Of a stretch of 64,000 nucleotides of DNA, positions 52,243 through 64,000 are shown piece by piece. The DNA comes from Octopus sinensis. Taxonomy: Eukaryota. Below the pieces are notes generated by a model that worked only from the letters and a program-made list of their open reading frames with translations, was not told where the DNA came from and searched no databases. The position numbers were made by a program, and so were the translations under genes. The first letter of the stretch is position 1. Each line of letters starts with the position of its first letter. The stretch lies in NCBI RefSeq assembly GCF_006345805.1, contig NC_043010.1, positions 36,332,001 through 36,396,000 of the forward strand, read 5' to 3'.

Positions 52243-52294
52243 TTTATCGATGGAATAACTAAATAGCGGTGTGCCTCTAAACTCTCTCTCTCAC

Positions 52295-52338
<44 letters not shown>

Positions 52339-52418
52339 GAATTTTGATTTAGTGTACTAAATTGAAATTTCTTTCCCTGTTGGCTTGGAATTATTATATT
52401 CTGTAACTATTATTAATA

Positions 52419-52456
<38 letters not shown>

Positions 52457-52735
52457 GATTTCACATCCGCTTTGATTAAATGATGGCTCCAGGTGTTTAA
52501 TTAAGTAATTATACAACTTCATGTATAAATTATGTAAGTGGCTGAGCAATACACAGACACTTGTGACATTAACCTAATCTTCAAGTAGAATAAGAGTGTG
52601 TCACTATCTACCAAATTTCTCTAAGAATATTTGGCAGAAACCCAAAGCTATAATAAATGAGATTAGTGTAAAGTGCAGGTCAATAGGATCTTACCGTGAT
52701 TGAGAAGTGAAGTCTTTGACCCCTTGGTTATGTGT

Positions 52736-52781
<46 letters not shown>

Positions 52782-53220
52782 CACACATACAAACAAATCT
52801 ATGGTGTACTTTGCACGGCAAAATCTAATATGACTATGTCTATATATTTTTTTTATGGAATGCCTTTCTCTCTTTTAAACCTTTATATTTAAACTTGTCA
52901 CATCCAGCCTAAATATAATACTTGTTTTGTGTTGAAACCAGCTAGATCAGCATCTGGCAGCTTCTATACAATGTCATTCTAAAAATACTCACCTATTTAG
53001 AGTCTCGAATTTGAAGATTAATACTGGATTAATTCAGAACAATGCGAATGAATAAGCATTTGACTGAGTAATCGGAATGCTAAAGAATTGAAGGTTCTAT
53101 TGCTCTTTCTCTCCTCTCTCTCTCTCTGAAAAAAATTTGTTTTAATAATGTAACAGTAATATAACATGGTTTACATATATGCACACTCATACACACAAAA
53201 TGGAAATGTATGTATATATG

Positions 53221-53597
53221 GCATAGGAGTGGCTGTGTGGTAAGTAGCTTGCTTATGAACCACATGGTTCTGGGTTCAGTCCCACTGCGTGGCACCTTGG
53301 GCAAGTGTCTTCTACTATAGCCTCGGGCCGACCAAAGCCTTGTGAGTGGATTTGGTAGACGGACACTGAAAGAAGCCCGTCGTATGTGTATATGTTTGTG
53401 TATCTGTGTTTGTCTCCCCAACATCTCATGACAACCGATGCTGGTGTGTTTACGTCCCCGTAACTTAGCGGTTCGGCAAAAGAGACCAATAGAATAAGTA
53501 CTAGGCTTACAAAGAATAAGTCCTGGTGTCGATTTGCTCGACTAAAAGATGGTGCTCCAGCATGGCCACAGCCAAATGACTGAAACAAGTAAAAGAC
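53221..53597 (+). mobile_element. Family-A SINE
   Basis: Near full-length copy. Confidence 0.9.
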
Positions 53598-55692
53598 TAT
53601 ATGTATACACAAATTTCATTGACATACGTACATCACAGTATCAACTGGACTATCGCTGGTCACAATGCACTTCACACTGTTTTAGCTTTTGAATGACATC
53701 ACCCTGCTGGCTAGGTGAGCAGGCCAACCTTCTCTCTGACTAGAAGAATACTATGCCACAGGTTTACCTGTTAACAGCTGAGTGGACTGGAACAGTGTGG
53801 AATACATGTTTTGCTCAAGAACACAACATACTGCTGGGTCTGGGAATCGAACCTGTAATCTCACAATCGTGAGCGCAATACCTAACCATTAGACCTCATG
53901 CCTTCACTAATACAAATACATATCCATTATATATATGGATATGTGTGTGTTTACACATGTGTCCTCTTATATCATCAAATTAGCAGAGCTGTTAGTGTCG
54001 GAGAGAAGGCTATGCAATATGCTATACATGCAGATGTATATAAGGACATGCTTTCTTTTATTTTTAAATGAAAAAAAAAAAATTGCTGATGGAATATTGA
54101 GGGTATAATGAGACACATGAGATTTGTTTTCTCTTTGAAAAAAAATTGGGAAAAAAAGGTAAGGGTATGTCTTATACACTGACAAATACAGTATGTTCTG
54201 GTTCTCAACACTCAGTTCAAATTTTACCAAAGCCAGTTTTCCAGTTATCTTTCTGGGTCCTGCAAATAATGTGCCATTCTAGTACTAGAGTCGATTCTCC
54301 TCTCTCGCTCTTCCCCCTCTCTCTCTTGGCTGTGTCAAGCTGTTCGAGTGTCATAAAAGACCAATCACAGCATTCCCTCTTGTTGTGCTTGCATATTTTT
54401 ACTTTTGACCTGGTTTCTATGGCTGGATGCCCTTCCTAATAGCAACCCCTTTACAAAATGTTATAGATTCATGTTATCGTGGCACCAGCACTAAAGTTGT
54501 TGTCATATCTTTGGTAAGCCTCATTGGTTCTCTCAACCCTACATTTGCCTCGATTCCTTATAGTCTACTGGTTGCATTTTATTACGGCACCAACAATAAC
54601 AATGCCTTTGTATCTTGTAAGACTCGAGAGACCTTACTACTCTGTCGTCTCTGCTCCTTCAATGTTACTGATGGTGAATAAGGAAGGAGAGAGGGTATGA
54701 ACCAAGTTGAAAGGAACAGAGCAATCGGGATGAGAGGGTAATGGAAGAGAGACAGTAAGGGCTAGGAGAATGGAAAAGGAAAGCAAACGACGGGTAAGCA
54801 ATACAGGCGGGTGATGTTAAGACAAACTGATGGATATCAGTAATGAATGATGTGGAGGAGAGAGAAGAGTGTGTGTGATGGTTTGCTGTAGTGAATAGTG
54901 ATGGGGAAGTGTATCAGTCACGAGTAGATCTAATGCAATCTCTTGTTATACGGGCAACATGATTGGAGAGAGTGAGGTGGGGAGATTAAGGGTAGTGGTT
55001 GGGAGTGATAGATCGAAGGTGGAGAGGTCCCGTATCACATGTTACATGAGTGGTTTGATACAGTGACAAATTTAGAGCACATGGCATTGTAGCCCCACAA
55101 ACCATGAGAAAAGTGTTGAAGACCTAGTCCTTATAGCTGAATCTGTGGTAGATTTGGAGAAGAAATTCCAAGCATTACAGCAAAAGCCAAGAAACAGTGA
55201 ATAGGGAAGAGGGTGAGTAACAGATGAAGTGAGGTTAGTGGAAGAAGACTTAAAAAAGAACGTAATGGGCGAGAGACCCAAATGTAGATACACGATTCAA
55301 CTACCATCATCACCACAGTTTTGACATTCGTTTCATCACTCTCGTATCTGGTTAGATTTCCACTAATGCTGAATATCACCAAAAGTGTCCCTTTATTATC
55401 GTCTTTGTGAAATCAGTGTTCACCACTTTGTCCTATGTTTTTTCTAAGTGTCCCACTTCCTTCCAGAGGTTCCTTTCATTTGGTATGCTCAGCACTTTTG
55501 TTATCTTTAATATACGTTACTTACCCGAACCAGCAGAGTTTTTTTTTCTCAGTTCGTTTGTGCTCTTTTTTTTATGTACACTAACATTAAGCATACATCA
55601 GAATCTACTTGCTTCATTTCTTGTTAGTCTTTGCAGTTGCTCTGTATTTAAGGCCCACATCTTTTCTACTATATATATAAATATATGCATAT

Positions 55693-56030
55693 AGGTGTAG
55701 GAGCGGCTGTGGTAAGTAGCTTGCTTACCAACCGGGTTCAGTCCCACTGCGTGACACCTTGGGCACTACTATAGCCACGGGCCGACCAAAGCCTTGTGAG
55801 TGGATTTGGTTGACGGAAACTGAAAGAAGCCCGTCGCATATATGTACTTGTGTGTCTATGTCCCCCCCCCCAACATCGCTTGACAACCGATGCTGGTGTG
55901 TTTACGTCCCCATAACTTAACGGTTCGGCAAAAAGAGACCGATAGAATAAGTACTAGGCTTACAAAGAATAAATCTTGGGTCAATTTGCTCGGTCACAGT
56001 CAAATGACTGAAACAAGTAAAAGAGTAAAA
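55693..56030 (+). mobile_element. Family-A SINE with internal deletions
   Basis: Head, CORE-like region and tail are recognisable. Confidence 0.85.
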
Positions 56031-56031
56031 G

Positions 56032-56063
<32 letters not shown>

Positions 56064-56099
56064 TATTGTATTTTGTATGCATCAAATATGCTCTTCACT

Positions 56100-56700
56100 C
56101 AGAAAGAGGGATACCTTTTGTTACTTGGGGTAATAGTTCTCTGAACTTTTTCCAACCTTGTTTCATTCTAGTGCCATGCTTTTGGAACATCTAATTGGTT
56201 CAACCAAATAATCATAAAGCTCTTAGCTATTCCAGGGAATTGCCTCTATTTTGTGTGTGTTCGTCCTACAACCAAAGTCTACTTCCTCCCTTAGCCTGTT
56301 TGTGACCCCATTATACCTCTTTTGCATCCATTGTTTACCCTGGATACACCGTATGGAATTTCTAGTTATTCCTTTTTCTGCACATTTAACATACTCCTTT
56401 CTCTGATAGTATCAGAGCCCGCTCTTCTTTCCTTTGAGGTTTCTTGGCTTTTGCTGTAATGCCTGGAATTTCTCCTCCAAATTAACCACAGATTCAGCTA
56501 TAAGGATTAGGTCTTCAACACTTTTCTCATGGACAGACAGTTAAATCGCATCGGCTATGGCTTGTGGGGCTACAATAAGCAGAAAGGGGCTGGAGACTGA
56601 GCCATGTGCTTTAAATTTGTCACTAGTCGTTGCTAACCCTTGCTTTGCTTACTGTAACCATGTACATGGTTTGCACAAACCTCACAACTCGTTCATTTTA
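56100..56700 (-). mobile_element. Decayed RTE reverse-transcriptase fragment
   Basis: Relics of GSVLSPLL, DLvLIAES..L..KFQ and RMKQGWKKFRELLP. Confidence 0.6.
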
Positions 56701-56718
56701 AACTGGTTTCCTTAAACG

Positions 56719-56830
56719 TCTTTTCTAGGTCCGCGAATGCTATGTACTATATAACAGCTTACTCCCAACTATAGTCTTTTCTAGGTCCGCGAATGCTATG
56801 TACTATATAACAGCTTACTCCCAACTATAG
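56719..56830. repeat. Perfect 56-bp tandem duplication
   Basis: TCTTTTCTAGGTCCGCGAATG...CCCAACTATAG x2. Confidence 0.95.
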
Positions 56831-56902
56831 TTGTCCCTCTTTTTGGCACAAAACCAAACATCTCATCTCATCTTAGGATTATCCTGTTTGTAATCAGTTG
56901 CA

Positions 56903-57153
56903 GTGGAGGCACGTGGCTTAGTGGTTAGGGTGTCAGCATCATGATCGTAAGATTGTGGTTTCGATTCCTGGACCGGGCGACATGTTGTGTTCTTGAGCAA
57001 AACACTTCATTTCACGTTGCTCTAGTTCACTCAGCTGGCAAAAATGAGTAACGCTGCGATGGACTGGCGTCCCGTCCAGCTGGGGAACACATACACCTTT
57101 GAAACCGGACCCATGAGCCTGGCTAGGCTTTAAAGGGGCGCACTTATTTTTTT
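56903..57153 (+). mobile_element. Family-C tRNA-derived SINE with a 12-bp target-site duplication
   Basis: A-box TGGCTTAGTGG, B-box-like GTTTCGATTCC and CORE-like GTGTTCTTGAGCAAAACACTT. TSD TAATCAGTTGCA at 56891-56902 and 57154-57165. Confidence 0.9.
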
Positions 57154-57237
57154 TAATCAGTTGCACTCTAATTCTCCGTAACTTACGCAACCTGATCCTT
57201 CAGTTTGATACCTCAGCAGTGCATCTTTGCTCTTGGT

Positions 57238-57545
57238 GAAGGCACGTGGTTTAATGATTAAGGTATTTGGCTCCCGTCGTGAGTTTGATTCCCACCGGCG
57301 TATTGTATCCTTGAGCAAGACACTATTTCTTGTTGCCCCAGTCCACTCAGCTGGCAAAAATTAGTTGTACCTTTAATTCAAAGTTGCCAGCCTTGTCACA
57401 TTTTGTGTCACACGGAATCTCCCTGCAAACTATGTTAAATGTTAGGCGTGTCTGCAGAGTGCTCAGTCACTCTGCATGTAAATTTCATGAGCAGGTTGTT
57501 CAGTTGATTGAATCAGCTGGAACCCTCATCTTCATAACCGATGGA
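57238..57545 (+). mobile_element. Older CORE-like SINE related to family C
   Basis: GGCACGTGGTTTAATG head and TCCTTGAGCAAGACACT..CCAGTCCACTCAGCTGGCAAAAA. Confidence 0.7.
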
Positions 57546-57586
57546 GATCCAGGCATTTGCTCTTGTAGCAGTTGCCAATGATACTG

Positions 57587-58290
57587 CTGTGGCAGTCAGT
57601 GGGTAAGGCGCCTACCTTTACATCCTGGTTGACTATACACAGGACATATCTTGCCAGTTATTTTCAACATCTCAGCAGCTATATCTGGTGGTCCAGCTGT
57701 CTTCATATCCTTGAACACCCTTTTCATCACACTAGTCTTGACTTGAATGGCTGGTCCCTCCATGTCATCTACTTTGGATAGGCCCTCTTTTTTCCATACG
57801 TTCTTTTCAATCAACAGCCTCTCATGATAGTACTTGTGTGTGTGTGTTTACACACATATTCAAATAAATGTTTTAAGCATTTCAGTGATTGCTAGTCCAT
57901 CAAAGATAATCATAGATATGCTGAAAATATCTGATGAAGTAAGATATGTGCTAGTCTCCCAAATAACCAATCAGGTAATGCAGGATGTCGTATCCAATGA
58001 TTTCATAGCAATATCATTGTAAACTGCTACAAGGGCAAAGGCGATGTTTTCGAAGGAAATTGCAGGAAGTATCAAATTGTTGGGTCAGATTATGAAGGTT
58101 ACAGAAAGAGTTATTGTACAATTGATCACTAACAGAAACTCTCTGTAAATGGTTGGCATTAATAAGTAGTGAGATGTGGGCCTTGAATGCAGAAGTCCTT
58201 TGAAGGCTAGAAAGAAATGAACTAAACAAGCATGCATCAGTGAATGTGTGATGCCAGTGTTGAAGAGTGCCGTGGCACAAATGAGTTGAG
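57587..58290. mobile_element. Two decayed RTE RT fragments head-to-head (57587-57815 on -, 57885-58290 on +)
   Basis: EGPAIQ..DMKTAGPPDIAAEMLK on the minus strand. IIVNCYKGKGD..IKLLGQIMKVTERVI and then SEMWALNAE on the plus strand. Confidence 0.65.
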
Positions 58291-58389
58291 TTGGAATTTG
58301 GATCTTATGTGCCACAAACGAAAATACAATGGAGAAGTAACCCTGAGAAATCTTTTGTCAATAGTAGTGATATAAACCGTATTACTGTG

Positions 58390-58790
58390 GAACGAGGATC
58401 ATTTTATTCAGATCGTTTTTTAAGAAGACATGAACGAACACACATGGGCAGGAAACTTTTTAATGAAGAAACAAAATAATCCTCGTAACATAAGTAGTAG
58501 TAGTAGTAGTTAAAATTTAAAAGTGGAATATGTCAGGAATAATTTTCATTGAATACTTACTAAATGTTTTTTTTTTTTTTGTACAAGTGTTCTTCAGAAA
58601 CACTTATTTCGAAATATTTGAAAAATCCGTCAGAATTATGAATTTGTTGTTGACAAATGAATAGACACAGAACAAGACTAAAGTAAATGTGGAATATGCG
58701 GGTTGTCTTTCAGTGTGAAGTAAGACTACACTGGCAATCCGCATATGAATACAGACTAGAAATACAGTGGAATTTATTCTTGTAAAACCA
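58390..58790 (+). pseudogene. Possible decayed C2H2 zinc-finger remnants
   Basis: FLRRHERTHMGRKLF and KCGICGLSFSVK* occur in different frames. Confidence 0.3.
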
Positions 58791-60378
58791 CAAATGAATA
58801 ATGTACTTTGAAGGCTATTATTAAGTCATTAATCATCAATACTCATTAAACATAACAACACTGGAATAAAACTTAGAGGTTAGGGAAGTTAGTGGAAAAG
58901 TATTCTCATTCAAATGTCTGATCGGCACTCAGCTGTATAAGTTGAAAGACATAATGTCAAAGACGGTAATAGCTCTCAGCTTTTCCATCCTATTCTTATT
59001 CTAGCAAATACTTTTCAGAACATCCTTCTCCACTGCTGATTTGGTCACGTAGGTAACAGAAACTATCTACAACTTTTAAGGAGTCTGCTGGGCATTTGAG
59101 GAATTCTAATTCCAGTAGTAACAGTGACAACAATATGGCTGAAAGAAGGTATCACGATGAAAAATCTACGTAATACACACACATACACATGTTGTAGCAT
59201 CTGACATGTAATATAGTGAGTAATGAAACTTCATCTATCTAATATCCACGCAATAGGTAGACAAAACTCCATTCAAGGATACTGTTTTTTTCCAGCATTC
59301 AAGTCAAATTTTTCGGACCAAAATTTACGACTAGAAAAGGTAAGTCAACTTATACACGAAGACGACTCTGGAGGATCAAAAATTTCATATGCAATGCAGC
59401 AGAGTTTGGAGAGATAGTGACATTGTTTCAATGTCTACAGTATACACTACGTTAGCTTGTATGCTGGAAAATACGATATTTGAAACGAAAATTCAAGAGA
59501 GATAACTGCAGTGAAATCAGCAAAGTGAAATTTTTTTGAAATTAAAGGTGAAGCAAATAGGAACCGATCTTAATTAAAAAAAAACCCAGTTGATTAAAGC
59601 AGTGGACATGTTTCAGTCATTGTCATTTTGTACTCATTTCATTTTCTAGACATTTTCTTTAGTTGCAACTCTGCTAGTTGTTGTCTTTAGCAGCTTTGGA
59701 GGGAGTTTAAGTCAATTGGTTGCTAGGATTTCAACAGCGATCCACTTGCTTTATATAATTCTTCTGCTCTTTTGAATGATGTGACTGACTGCTTCTTGCC
59801 AGTTTTTAGGATTTCATTACTAAATTTATTCACACATGGTTGTGTGGTTAAGTTGGTTTCCAAATCACATGGTTTCGGTTTCAGTCCCACTGCATAGTAC
59901 ATTGGGCAAATGACTCCTACTGAAGGCGTGGGTCGACTAAAGCCTTGTGGATGAAATTGCTTGATGGAAACAGAAAGAAGTGAGTGTGTTGCTGAGCCTC
60001 TTTGTCTTGATATCACGTGGTTGCTGTAAATAAGCGCCACTATCATCCAAGCGGTGATCTTCATTTCCAACCTTCTACGGAAACATGTCCAGCCATTGGA
60101 GAAATATTACCCTACTTAGAATCAGGTGATTGTTGGCGACAGGAAGGTCATCTGACTATGGAAAATCTACTTTGATAAATTCCATCTGACCAATGTAAGC
60201 ATGTAAAAGTGGATTTTAAATGATGATGATGATGAGGAGGAGTACGAAGATAAATCTGAATTTTTGAATACCTATGCACAATGTGTGTGTGTGTGATGGT
60301 CACCAGCTGATTTCTGCATGAAACGATCAGTATTATTTAATGATTAATAACAAAGAAATAATTGAATATAGTGTAACA

Positions 60379-60765
60379 TATTGTGGTAAGTAGCTTGTTT
60401 ACCAACCACATGGTTCCGGGTTCAGTCCCACTGCGTGACACCTTGGGCAAGTGTCTTCTACTATAGCCTCGGGCCGACCAAAGCCCTGTGAGTGGATTTG
60501 GTAGACGGAAACTGAAAGAAGCCCGTCGTATATATGTATATATATATGTGTGTCTGTGTTTGTCCCCCTAGCATTGCTTGACAACCGATGCTGGTGTGTT
60601 TATGTCCCCGTTACTTAGCGGTTCGGCAAAAGAGACCGATAGAATAAGTACTGGGCTTACAAAGAATAAGTCCCGGGATCGAATTGCTCGATTAAAGGCG
60701 GTGCTCCAGCATGGCCACAGTCAAATGACTGAAACAAGTAAAAGAGTAAAGAGTAAAAGAGATAT
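60379..60765 (+). mobile_element. Family-A SINE, young, slightly 5'-truncated
   Basis: Close to the 21970 copy, with CpGs intact. Confidence 0.9.
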
Positions 60766-60960
60766 ATTCCCAGTATTTGAGATTTGTTGATGTTAAAAGT
60801 AACAAGAAATCTTATAAATTAGAACTTCGTAGCATTATGAAGCAAAACAAGGGAATTAATTCAGTATCGCACTGTCTAGTCACCAGGGGAGACAACACCG
60901 TCTTGGTTTCATTTTCCGTAGCAAACAAGGCACCCGTTCGATGCGTATTTAGGATTACTG

Positions 60961-62615
60961 AATAATAATAATAATAATGAAATTATTGTATACAGTGCTC
61001 AGGTGCACCACAACTTGTCAGAAAGTGCATATAAAGTACATGCAGTAATGTAGAAATGTCTGGAAAGCGAACAATGTATGAGTCAGATACATGCTTGTGT
61101 GTGTATGGAGGGGAGAAAATCAAGTGTAGTGTTGGCGAATCTCAGGAAGCATGGAAGTTTTGAAGGATGCAGTGCTCCGACAACTAACAACCGATGCCGG
61201 CAGTTTGTTCCATGCTTCAGCAACTCTCAGCGTAAAAAAATGTTTCCTGAAGTCATGGGAGCTGTGCTGTTTTCTTACTTTGTAAATATGTCCACGGGTG
61301 TTAGATGGGTGGAGTTTGAAAAGGTGCTCAGAGTTATTGTTTGTACGATGGTTGATAATTTTATGGGTGTCTGCCAGACGTCGGAGTTTCAATGTGTCCA
61401 TGCCCAGGGAAGTAAGGCGTTCAGGATATGGCAAATGCCTGATGGAGGGTATTCTTTTGGTTGCACGTCGCTGAACAGCTTCCAGACGATTGATATCCTG
61501 GGCAAGATAGGGGTTCCAGACCGGTGATGCAAATTCCAAGTGAGGTCTTACCATAGCTATATAAAGCCGCAGATAGATAGCCGGAGAGCGGCTCACAAAG
61601 GATTTGGTGAGTGATGCCAAGACACCCTCAGCCTTCTTGACAATTTTAGCGATGTGTTTTGTCCAACGCAAATCACTGTCGACAATAACACCCAGATCAC
61701 GTTCACATGAAGACTTTTTGAGACTAGTGTTGTGGAGGGAGTAGGTGGACGCTGGGTTTCTCCTCCCAAAATGCATGGTGGTACATTTGTCCACAGCCAG
61801 CTTGAGTTGCCAGTCCATGATCCACTGCTGCATTGTGTCCAGGTCTGCTTGCAATAGAGATCTATAGTGTACAGGATTTGACCTCTTTATTTCGAGGTAC
61901 AGCTTGATGTCATCTGCATATTTCAGCACTGTGGCATTCTTTAAGTTGGCATCTAAGTTATTAACATATGCAACAAATAAAAGGGGGCCAAGAACAGATC
62001 CCTGTGGTACACCAGATGTCATCTCAGAGGGCGAAGAGTGCTGCCCTAGAACTGTGACAACCTCTTTTCGGCTGAAAATAAAGGACTTTAACCAGTTATA
62101 GAGTTCGTCTCTTACACCCAACGCAGAAAGCTTCACCATAAGTCTTTTGTGTGGCACAGAGTTAAAAGCCTTAGCAAAGTCCAGGTAAACAACATCCACC
62201 CAGGATCCGCGATCAGTGATTTGGGTAACGTCCTCAAGAAACTCGATGAGTTGATTACAGCAGCTGGAGTTATGAATGAATCCGAATTGTGACGGCTGGA
62301 TGAGGCTGTGAGACTTCCAGAAGGTTTCTCTGATACAGGATTCCATCAGTTTGGCGATGCAGCTAGTAAGACTGATAGTTGACAGGCGATGTGCGGTCGC
62401 CTTTTTTGAACAGAGGGATGACACTGGCAGTTTTCCACTGTTCTGGAGTAACACCATTGTCAAGACAGAATTGGAAGAATAGACAAAGTTGGCTTAGAAG
62501 AAAGTACCCACCGCGTTTGAGAAGTAGGTATGTAACACCATCGAGACCAGGAGAGGCATAATTGCGTTTATTCTTTAGGTGGCGTTGCAGCATTGCTGGT
62601 GTAAATTGCATAGTG
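60961..62615 (-). mobile_element. 5'-truncated CR1-clade LINE: RT domain, 3'UTR and (ATT)n tail; frameshift at about 62375
   Basis: YLDFAKAFNSVPH, SGVPQGSVLGPLLF, YADD, RDLGV, VRPHLEFASPVWNPY and LEAVQRRATK. The upstream frame has SPGLDGV..W..A.VIPLFKKGDR. Confidence 0.95.
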
Positions 62616-64000
62616 AATAGTGAAGCGCTATTCAGTATTTTGTAGAGTTTTGATTTCAGTGGGTTTATCGTGTTGTTTATATATTAGTTTTACAGCTCTA
62701 CATGCATCCAGATTGTGTATGTATATAGACAGTTACATGGTGGTCGTAGCTTTAGTTCTAATACATCACTGTATCGACAAGACTATCGGATCTTATACGC
62801 GATTAATCCCAGTGCCCTTCGCTACATGTAGCTCCCGAATGATGCCAATCCGCTCGCTAAGCAGGCAGGCGGGCCAACATTCCTCTGAACAAAACGTCTG
62901 TTCGTTGCAGGATTGCTAATTTACCTCTCAGCGGACTGGAGCTACGTGGTATGAAGTGTTTTGTTCAAGAATACGTCGCACCACAGGTTTGGCAATTATC
63001 ACACACATTAATCGAAGTGTACAGAATTGTAATCATTACAGTCGACCTTACCAATCGGTTTCGCGCTGGGTGTTATATCAGATGTTAGATACCAGTCCAA
63101 CTATGTAACCCTACGCTCTTGAAAGCTAGCAGTTATGGAAGAAATAAGTTGACTGACTGCGTGATGTTATTGTGGGTAAAAAAAAACAAAAAAACTTCCG
63201 ATCTGTGGTTGCTGTAAAAAAGGACGAAACGAACTGAGCAAGGGTTAAATCTTGAATTATGTCCCTTGGAACCAAAACAGCCTCTGGAAAATAAGTCTAG
63301 AAGAGTTTTCTGGAAATGTGTGTCGTGTTTAGGGGTTGGTATTCGTGTTGTTTTTGAATGTGTGTTATTGTACTACACATGTAGCGGGGGTTTGTGGGGG
63401 TGAGGATGGGGTTGCTGGGTGGATGTCCGAAGACCTAAGCACTTGTTAGATTGCTTAAGTGCCTATGCATTCGTTTGTGTATGTTTTGGTGCAAGTCTTT
63501 GTGGTATTCTTGTAGTTTTGGAATACATAGATAAGGTCATTTAGGCAGTCAGAGTATGTGACAGAATATATTTATGTTTAGGTTAATCATCAAGATCCAC
63601 TTGTGTAATCGCATCAGAATGTTTAAAAAACAAAAAAAAAACTGCAAAAAATATCATTAAAACATTGACTATGTTATACAAAATTTCTTGAGGAGAATCC
63701 GGAGAATTTCATGCCATGATCAAATCAGAGAAAAAGAAGTTTTCAGAAGAACATCAACTTGAAGGTTCCAAGGTATCAAATTGATTGACCACATCATGGA
63801 AGTGGCAGTGAATTATAGTGAAGCTAATCAACAAAAGAAACCGAGAAATATCTTAAATAAGATATAGTTTGAGTTTGTGCCAAAACCTCTGATTCTATTT
63901 TTATTAGTGAGACAAATGCAAAAGTTCTAAACACAGCACTCATTGAACTGGAGAAATCCCTTGACAGGGTACCATGTTTAGCCCACCCTAGTTTTGAGGT

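Noticed and set aside
60956-62640. TSD for the CR1 element
   Set aside because: Only a 9-bp inverted match (TACTGAATA/TATTCAGTA) and no direct repeat.

Overview
AT-rich, microsatellite-dense eukaryotic DNA. Its SINE and LINE families look like those of an octopod (cephalopod) genome; this is my recollection, not a database result. One host gene is supported, on the + strand. It encodes a very large (about 3,400-3,560 aa), mostly low-complexity protein from a roughly 8.1-kb exon (35469-43608) and a terminal exon starting at 45794, joined by a frame-consistent phase-2 GT-AG intron. The protein carries a divergent Ski/Sno/Dach (DHD) domain and a Ski-type SMAD-binding SAND-like zinc domain about 530 aa apart, plus two [D/E]HxY HCF-1-binding-type motifs. 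The frame is interrupted by two apparent 1-nt deletions (about 37986 and about 47955), probably assembly errors. A single UAG separates an upstream in-frame ATG from the main ORF. The rest of the window is tRNA-derived SINEs (three families), RTE and CR1 LINE fragments, a mariner relic, MITEs and microsatellite-bounded tandem duplications. Downstream of the gene lies a cluster of three large foldback palindromes, one carrying a hammerhead-ribozyme-like core in both arms. No rRNA, true tRNA or CRISPR array was found. All alignments and counts were done by eye.
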